Shown piece after piece: positions 7,783 to 13,790 of a DNA stretch of 13,790 nt (position 1 is the stretch's first letter; every line of letters begins with the position of its first letter). The notes under the pieces were generated by a model, which had not been told where the DNA came from, did not search any database, and saw only the letters and a list, made by a program, of their open reading frames with translations. Origin of the DNA: Candidatus Hydrogenedentota bacterium (GTDB taxonomy: Bacteria; Hydrogenedentota; Hydrogenedentia; Hydrogenedentales; SLHB01). Made by a program: the position numbers and the translations under genes. Location of the stretch: assembly GCA_029974275.1 (NCBI GenBank), contig JARKSN010000118.1, positions 1 through 13,790 on the forward strand, read 5' to 3'.

Positions 7783-10089
7783 CTACTGCTGTGCATCGGC
7801 GCCGAGAACGTAATTGTCGAAGGGGCCGGTCGAAAAGCCGAGGATGTCGCGGAAATTCGGCAGTGCGGGGGTTGTCGTGGCGATGCGCCACGCGCCGTCT
7901 TCGGCGGTGAAGGTGAACCAGACTTCTCCAGCAGGGGTGCGAGGAAAGTGCGCTTCCAGATCGCCGACGCGCCCCGCCGGATCCGACACAGCCACGCCCG
8001 AAAGCCGGCAATACAGCAACACTTTCACGGCGCCGCCGGCTTCGTAGGCGCTGAAATCCCAATGCCGGATCTGCCGCGCCATGTTGGGGGCGCTGTAGCG
8101 ATCGAAAAACCACTGGTACGCGCGACGCACGTATTGGTGTCGCCATCCATCGATGTCTTCGTAATCCGAGGCGTATAGATTGGCAATGCTTTCAAGGTCT
8201 TTGCGCGCAAAGGCATCCCCGAACTCTTCGAGCCGCTTTACGATTGCGTTGGCGATGGGCATGTGTGTTTCGGGAACGCCGTCAAAGGTTGGCCACCAGG
8301 GCTTGTCATTTACAGGCATTGTCGACGATGGGGCTACGGGAGCCCCTTTTCCGTAGGAAAGCGCGGGGGTGATCACCGCTTCTTCCGCGATGCGGCTTTC
8401 CACGGCGCTAAGCGCAAGACAGTCGCCGTAATTCACCGTTCCTTCGTAAATTTCTTTCGAGTCGGTCAAGGCGGTGACGGCATAGACAAGGCTTGCCGTC
8501 GGGTCCGCGTCGGCATCGGTCCAGGTTGGCGCGTCGAGGTCCTTCCCCGTCAAGGAGAACATGGTTTCCGGCAAGACGCGCCGGTACACCCGGTACGCAA
8601 CGTCGCCTTCACGGAAAGGCCATGTCAGCACGACGCCCGCCGCGTCGCGTTTCGCCTCAAGTCCACGCACCGGAGCGGGCATATCGGCAACGCTGAAGGG
8701 TTGCGCCTCGTAAATATTTTCGCGGGTATTCAGGATGAAAACAGCGCGCCCGACTCGCGTGATGAAGGCCGTCCCGGTTCCGTCGGGCAGATACTGCTGA
8801 TCGAGCAGGCGGGTCCAATCCTGGGAGGTGGAAAACTGGCCGGTCTTGACGACCTGGGCGTAGCCGTTCCATGCTTCGGGCGGCGCGAAGGCCGATAGAA
8901 CGGGCGTCCAATAGTGGCGTCCGTTGTTCGGAATTAATTCGGGAACCTGACCGGGGCGCTCCATGCCATACGCGCCGTGCAGGAGCAGGCCTTGGTCGAA
9001 GACCCCGTCGACATCGCGCAGAATGGCATGAAACTCCTGCGGGGTCTTGGCAGAGGTCATCTGGTAGGCCACGCGAACTTTTTTTTGCACGAAGTCCTTG
9101 CGCGCAATGAGCCCTCCGTCAACCAATTGCATCAGGGCGGGGTAGATGGCCTGGTCCCAATAGCGTTTGCGGTCGCCAAACCACAGGTCTCCGCCCGGAC
9201 TGAAGACATACACGGACGCGCCGGTCATGGCTCCGTTGCATATCATCGCACGATACAACGCCGGCGGCATTGCATTCGGATCGGAGGCGGGACCGAAGAC
9301 CCCCGGCTGTTGGAAATTTGCGTCCTGATACCACTGCGTCAACGGCGCGACGCCCCACTGCGCCACGGCGTCTTCGAGCCACAAGCCCATCAACGCCGAG
9401 GTCCCGGCGATCGTCTGCTGACCGCGATAGAGCAGCGCCGGAATCACATAGCCCCGGCATTCGCGCAGCTTATCGTATAAGGGACGATATGCCGGATTCG
9501 ATGTCATGCGAACCCAATCAAGAGGCGCGGCCTGCACGCACAGAAAGCGCCCATAGCGCGCACAAAGCTCCGATGCGGCCATCACCCAGCGCGCCGTGGG
9601 CGGGAGGGCGAATTCAACGCCGCCGCCGAACGTGACGTATTCGTTGAACGAGAGGCCGTTCGCCTGGAGTCCTTTCACGCAACCAAACTCGGCCAACAGC
9701 GCCTCGATAAGTTCCATGGGGTATATGCGCGCCGGGTCGGCATCGGCGACGCGCGCGACGACGGGGATGTTGGCCTGTTGCAAGACGGCAAGCGCCGTGC
9801 GGTAGCGTTCATGCCGTGCGGCGGGGTCGGGCCCCCACACGTCGATTTGCAGCGTCGCGAACGGACGAAGCCGCAGCGGCATCTGTCCCCAGACCTGCGT
9901 CACCGCCTGGGCGTATGCGGCGGGATCGGCTGTTTCGACGCCCGTGACTTGAAAAAGAAACAGCGGATGGTCTGCGTTGATCTCCGTCGCCAATGGGGGA
10001 AACGGAGCCGCAGGGGCCTCTCCGGCAACCGCCCACGCAACAGCGATCACGATGCTTATCGACAAGGTGCGATTCATGGTTTTGTCCAT
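7783..10089 (-). CDS. Secreted multidomain protein: GH98-like domain + FN3-like domain + C-terminal NTF2/SnoaL-like domain
   Basis: Signal peptide MNRTLSISIVIAVAWAVAGEAPA. Co-linear GH98-like motifs: INADHPLF, LRPFATLQ, IPVVARV, MGLWLEDAVAQWG, WYQD, TGASVYVF, NGRH and LDQQYLPDGTGTAF. FN3-like: PVRGLEAKR..VVLTW..YRVYRR..WTD..YAVTA. NTF2-like: FGDAFARKDLESIANLYASDY...FTAEDGAWRI. Start is uncertain (10101, 10089 or 10077); the CDS is more certain than the product call. Confidence 0.7.
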   Translation of the reverse strand: MDKTMNRTLSISIVIAVAWAVAGEAPAAPFPPLATEINADHPLFLFQVTGVETADPAAYAQAVTQVWGQMPLRLRPFATLQIDVWGPDPAARHERYRTALAVLQQANIPVVARVADADPARIYPMELIEALLAEFGCVKGLQANGLSFNEYVTFGGGVEFALPPTARWVMAASELCARYGRFLCVQAAPLDWVRMTSNPAYRPLYDKLRECRGYVIPALLYRGQQTIAGTSALMGLWLEDAVAQWGVAPLTQWYQDANFQQPGVFGPASDPNAMPPALYRAMICNGAMTGASVYVFSPGGDLWFGDRKRYWDQAIYPALMQLVDGGLIARKDFVQKKVRVAYQMTSAKTPQEFHAILRDVDGVFDQGLLLHGAYGMERPGQVPELIPNNGRHYWTPVLSAFAPPEAWNGYAQVVKTGQFSTSQDWTRLLDQQYLPDGTGTAFITRVGRAVFILNTRENIYEAQPFSVADMPAPVRGLEAKRDAAGVVLTWPFREGDVAYRVYRRVLPETMFSLTGKDLDAPTWTDADADPTASLVYAVTALTDSKEIYEGTVNYGDCLALSAVESRIAEEAVITPALSYGKGAPVAPSSTMPVNDKPWWPTFDGVPETHMPIANAIVKRLEEFGDAFARKDLESIANLYASDYEDIDGWRHQYVRRAYQWFFDRYSAPNMARQIRHWDFSAYEAGGAVKVLLYCRLSGVAVSDPAGRVGDLEAHFPRTPAGEVWFTFTAEDGAWRIATTTPALPNFRDILGFSTGPFDNYVLGADAQQ

Positions 10090-10110
10090 AGCGCCGCGCA
10101 TGCGGGCTCG

Positions 10111-10139
10111 ATTGTACCGTCCTGCAAAGACTTGTACAA
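10111..10139 (-). promoter_or_regulatory. Putative sigma70 promoter of the GH98-like gene
   Basis: On the minus strand: TTGTAC (10139-10134), 17-bp spacer, TACAAT (10116-10111). In-frame ATGs follow at 10101, 10089 and 10077. Confidence 0.6.
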
Positions 10140-10237
10140 GGAATGCCCACCATCCACTTTTTTCAGGGGAGTGGGCGGACCTTGGAAACAACGACTCGCA
10201 GCGTTGGCGTCTCCTTGAAGTTAATGCTTGGGATCGC

Positions 10238-10265
10238 AAAAAAGTGCCCGTGAATGAACAAGGCA
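10238..10265 (-). terminator. Possible intrinsic terminator after the sulfatase-like gene
   Basis: On the minus strand, just after the stop: TGCCT(T)GT-TCATTC-ACGGGCA stem-loop (one bulge, one G-U pair) followed by CTTTTTT. Confidence 0.4.
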
Positions 10266-10278
10266 GGGACGAGGGCTT

Positions 10279-12231
10279 TCACCACTGATATCCCAATGCG
10301 CGCATCTGCTCTTCCCGTTGCTTGCGCTCCTGGGGGGATTCCTCCCGAGAGGCGTCTGAGGCGATGGGTGTAAAGAGGAGTTGTCCGATAAAGGCGGCGT
10401 GCGTTTTGGCGGCTTCCTCGAAGACGACGTGAAATGCGCCGTTGAGAACCGTGTAGGTTCCAATCTCGACCTGGCGGAACTCGCCCGGGGCGTCATCGCA
10501 CACGATGCGTTGGGGGTGCGCGTCTTGCTGCGCCTGCACGAAAAACGCCGATGCGCGCATGGGAGCAGGCCCTGAGAACGCCATGCACTCGACGAACACG
10601 CGGTACGTGCCGTTGGGGATTTCCAGACGGACCCTTAGGGGAGGGAGAGGATCGCTCAAGTCTGGGATGCCCAGAACGGCGCCGCCGAACCAAATCCATG
10701 CCGGCGGAAGGAAGGGTTCGAGCGCCGGATCAACGGCGGCGCGAATGGCTCCAGGACGCAGCAAAAAAGGCCCTTCGCTCACATAGGGGTTGTGCGGGTC
10801 CAATCGCACGTGGAACGTGGCGCTCGTATATTGCGTCAGAAGGGCGTCGTATGCGTTCCACTTGGGCATGATGTCCGCCATCATCAGCGACCGCAAGCGG
10901 TCGGTGGCGGCCGCGTCATGGACTGGGTGGAGGGAAGCCAGCGCGAAAGGGGCATCGAAAAGCGTCTCGACGCCGGTGCGCGTGTCGTAGAAATAGGCGT
11001 TTTGGAAAGTCCGCAGCACGAACGTTGGATGCCCGGCTTGCCATCCGGGGCTTCTCGCAAATACGAAGGAGCGATTGGGAAGCGCCTCCATGGCTGGGTT
11101 TGAAAATAACGGGCGCACATCCTGTCCGTCGAATTGGGCCGTGGTGGACAGGCCGATCATGGCGATCAATGTTGGCGCGATGTCGACGTTCTCCGTGAGG
11201 GCGCGTATGCGGACGCCTTGGGGGATTCCAGGCCCGGCCATGATAAAAGGCGTGTGCATGACCTCTTCGCACATGATGCCATGTCCAATTGAATGTCCAT
11301 CTTCGGCCAGGGCCTCTCCGTGATCGGAGGTCACGATAACAATAGTGTTTTCTTCGAGGCCGTTTTGGCTCAGATAGTCGAGCAACTCGCCGATCTGAGC
11401 ATCGGACTCGCAAATGGCCCCGTCGTAAAGTCCTTGAAAATAGGCCCTATCTTCCTGGGTGAACCCCTGGGGAGGCGCCGGAGTGACGCCCGGCATGAAT
11501 GTCCGGGCGATGCCGCGGTAGGACCTGTCCAGCCACTTGTCGTAAGGAGGAGCCGGAGCAAGCGGGAAATGGGTGTCCATGGCGTGCATGTACAAGAAAA
11601 AGGGGCGATCCTTGTTTTTCTCGAGAAGCGCGATGGCCGCTTCGTTGAGGCGCTTGAATCGTGCAGGGAAATAGGCATGAGCCGTTGCGTCTGATTTCAC
11701 CTCCACTGCGTCGTGAAACGCGCGCCACAAACGACTGCGCGGCCCGAGAAAGAAATGTGCGGTCGCGAGGAGGGTCCGGTAGCCATTCTGGGAAAAAATC
11801 GTGGGCAGCAACGCCTCTTCAGGAGGCGACTCAAACGACGGATCAGGCATGTCTCGATCACTTGCCAGATAGTGGAGGGCGAAGTAGCGTCCTGTGAAGT
11901 AAGAAGGGAGCGATACGAACGTGGCGAATCCCTGGGCGTAATTGGCCTCGAAAAGGACGCCGCGCGCCGCCAGGCGATCGAGATGGGGCGAGGTGGGGCG
12001 GTGATAGCCGTAACACGAAAGATTCTGCGCACGGCACGCATCCAGAACGATCCAGACGACATTGGGCTTGCTGGGGGCCGCCTCGTTCAGCGGGGTTGAC
12101 AGGGAAGAAACCTCCGCAGGAATGGAGGCCGTCTTGTCTCGCGGATTGCCGCATCGGTTGCAGACCAAGGCGCACAGGATGGCCCCTAGAGCGACAACCG
12201 CCCCCCGGCGCACTATCGGCATTTTCGTCAT
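10279..12231 (-). CDS. Exported sulfatase-like hydrolase/transferase (alkaline phosphatase superfamily) with extra C-terminal beta-rich domain
   Basis: N-terminal signal or lipoprotein-like leader. Motifs KPNVVWIVLDACRA, YGYHRPTSPHLDRLAARGVLF, TFVSLPSYFTGRY, PFFLYMHAMDTH, YDGAI..D, IVIVTSDHGE and VDIAPTL. C-terminal QMRALGY. Confidence 0.88.
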   Translation of the reverse strand: MTKMPIVRRGAVVALGAILCALVCNRCGNPRDKTASIPAEVSSLSTPLNEAAPSKPNVVWIVLDACRAQNLSCYGYHRPTSPHLDRLAARGVLFEANYAQGFATFVSLPSYFTGRYFALHYLASDRDMPDPSFESPPEEALLPTIFSQNGYRTLLATAHFFLGPRSRLWRAFHDAVEVKSDATAHAYFPARFKRLNEAAIALLEKNKDRPFFLYMHAMDTHFPLAPAPPYDKWLDRSYRGIARTFMPGVTPAPPQGFTQEDRAYFQGLYDGAICESDAQIGELLDYLSQNGLEENTIVIVTSDHGEALAEDGHSIGHGIMCEEVMHTPFIMAGPGIPQGVRIRALTENVDIAPTLIAMIGLSTTAQFDGQDVRPLFSNPAMEALPNRSFVFARSPGWQAGHPTFVLRTFQNAYFYDTRTGVETLFDAPFALASLHPVHDAAATDRLRSLMMADIMPKWNAYDALLTQYTSATFHVRLDPHNPYVSEGPFLLRPGAIRAAVDPALEPFLPPAWIWFGGAVLGIPDLSDPLPPLRVRLEIPNGTYRVFVECMAFSGPAPMRASAFFVQAQQDAHPQRIVCDDAPGEFRQVEIGTYTVLNGAFHVVFEEAAKTHAAFIGQLLFTPIASDASREESPQERKQREEQMRALGYQW

Positions 12232-12339
12232 GATGGTTGTTCTCGTTCTATGACCATGGCGGTTGGCCGATGGAGTATCCGCTCCCGCATTTCTCGGATA
12301 TGCCCGAATCCGTTGTGATTGCTCTGGCGCGTTTCCGCG

Positions 12340-13790
12340 TCAGTGCGCCTTGCCCGCTCTGTGTTCCTCCGCCAACGCGGCGATGTAGTCGGGGTCGAGT
12401 TTGGGAAAGAGAACTTCGGGCGTGTTGAGGGGCGCGCCGGCAGACAATAGGGCCTTGGCGGCAGTCCAGATGTCGTCGCCGCCGTCGGGGCCGTTATTGG
12501 GCAACGCGATGTTGAGAATTCCCGCGAGTTTCTCTGCGCCGGCGGGCAGGAATGGCGCCATGGCCGTGCAAAGCGTCCTCACCACCTGGCAGCACACGTA
12601 CAGCGTCGTCGCGGTGCGAACGAGATCCGTCTTACGCGTGGTCCACGGGGCCTTCGCATCGAAGTATTGGTTCGCCTTGCGGCCAATCTCGATGAAACGT
12701 TCGAGCGAGAGACGGAATCGGAATTCCTCCAACGCCTCGGCAACGCCATCCAACTGCACGGGCAACGAATCGAGCAACGCCTGATCGTCCGCATCCAGCG
12801 CGCCGGGTTCGGGCACTTTGCCGTCGAAATTCTTCACGGTCATCGTGAGCGAGCGGTGCACGAAGTTGCCGACGACGTCGCACAACTCGCCGTTGTATCG
12901 GTTGCGGAACTCGTCCCAGTCGAAGGCGGCATCGCGCGATTCGGGCATGATCGCCGCCAAATAGTAGCGCGCGGCGTCCTGCGAGAACCGTTCGAGGAAC
13001 CAGCGCACGCTGATCATGTTGCCCTTCGACTTAGAACCCTTCTCCGCCACACCCGTCTCGCGGTTAACGACGTTGAGGTACTCGTTGCCAACAACCTGGT
13101 CGGGCAGGATGTAGCCGTCTTGGCCCATGAGCATCGCCGGGAAAATCACCGCATGGAACGGAACGTTGTCCTTGCCGATGAAGTGAATGAGGCGCGTCGC
13201 GTTATCTTTCCACCACGGCTGCCACGCATCATCGCCAAGGCCTTTGTCGATGCCCCACTGCCGCGTGTTCGTGACGTAACCAATGGGCGCGTCGAACCAG
13301 ACGTAGATGCGCTTGCCCTGCGCGATCGGGTCGTCGATGGGAATCGGCACGCCCCAGTCCGTGTCGCGCGTGATGCAGCGCGCATGCAATTCGCTCACCC
13401 AGCCCCCCGCGATGCCCTTGACGTTCGCGCGCCATTCCGGGTGTCCGTCAAGCCACGCGCGCAGACGGTCCGTGAAGTCTTGCAGACGCAGGAACCAATG
13501 CGCGGACTTGCGCAACGCCGGCGTCGAGCTGTCACCGGGGATGTTCGCGCGCGGGTCGATAAGCTCGTGCGCGGCGTATTGCGCGCCACAATTCTCGCAC
13601 TCGTCGCCGTTCGCGTCGGCATAGCCGCACTTCGGGCACGTGCCCTTCACGTAACGGTCGGGCAGGAAACGGTCCGACGCCTCCGAGTGCCAGAGTTCCA
13701 TCTCCTGTTGGTCGATATGGCCGCCTTGGCCAAGAGCCTGGAAGAACGCCTGCGTCGTGTCGACGTGCAGCGGCCACGAGGTGCGTCCGT
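12340..13790 (-). CDS. metG: Methionine--tRNA ligase (5' end outside the window)
   Basis: The frame stays open to the window edge (GRTSWPLHVDTTQAFF...). Motifs FLPDRYVKGTCPKC..GDECENCG (Zn knuckle), CITRDTDWGVPIP, YVWFDAPIGY, HFIGKDNVPFH, KMSKS-equivalent KGSKS, GNFVHR and NQYFDAKAPW. Confidence 0.96.
   Translation of the reverse strand, partial: GRTSWPLHVDTTQAFFQALGQGGHIDQQEMELWHSEASDRFLPDRYVKGTCPKCGYADANGDECENCGAQYAAHELIDPRANIPGDSSTPALRKSAHWFLRLQDFTDRLRAWLDGHPEWRANVKGIAGGWVSELHARCITRDTDWGVPIPIDDPIAQGKRIYVWFDAPIGYVTNTRQWGIDKGLGDDAWQPWWKDNATRLIHFIGKDNVPFHAVIFPAMLMGQDGYILPDQVVGNEYLNVVNRETGVAEKGSKSKGNMISVRWFLERFSQDAARYYLAAIMPESRDAAFDWDEFRNRYNGELCDVVGNFVHRSLTMTVKNFDGKVPEPGALDADDQALLDSLPVQLDGVAEALEEFRFRLSLERFIEIGRKANQYFDAKAPWTTRKTDLVRTATTLYVCCQVVRTLCTAMAPFLPAGAEKLAGILNIALPNNGPDGGDDIWTAAKALLSAGAPLNTPEVLFPKLDPDYIAALAEEHRAGKAH

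Noticed and set aside
10102..10239. N-terminal extension of the 818-aa ORF
   Set aside because: It overlaps the promoter and a hairpin and would place ~50 aa in front of the signal peptide.
12232..12339. Small hairpins between metG and the sulfatase-like gene (minus strand CGCG-GAAA-CGCG and GGAG-CGGATA-CTCC) as an ncRNA or riboswitch
   Set aside because: Four-bp stems are expected by chance at this GC content; there is no U-tract or recognisable aptamer, and a T-box or SAM element would lie upstream of metG, outside the window.
1..13790. CRISPR array, tRNA/rRNA, IS element or integrase
   Set aside because: No spaced direct repeats, cloverleaf or transposase/integrase motifs seen; the window is almost fully coding with short intergenic gaps.

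Overview
GC-rich bacterial chromosomal window with nine CDSs and no RNA gene, CRISPR array or transposase that I can support. Plus strand: a lower-GC Fic-domain gene behind an AT-rich promoter flanked by two palindromic sites; a hemB - ArsB/NhaD/SLC13-type permease - hemL cluster; a fused PAP2 phosphatase + ArnT/Rgt-like GT-C glycosyltransferase; and a small DUF486-type DMT protein. Minus strand, convergent: a 5'-truncated metG, an exported sulfatase-fold protein with Thr rather than Cys/Ser at the nucleophile position, and a secreted protein resembling glycoside hydrolase family 98 followed by FN3-like and NTF2-like domains. Best leads: (1) the GH98-like protein appears to lack all three catalytic carboxylates, so it may be a pseudo-glycosidase; (2) the PAP2-GT-C fusion may be a one-polypeptide dephosphorylate-then-glycosylate envelope enzyme; (3) the paired operator-like sites around the Fic promoter. 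All family assignments are motif recognition by eye and from memory; no database search was run.
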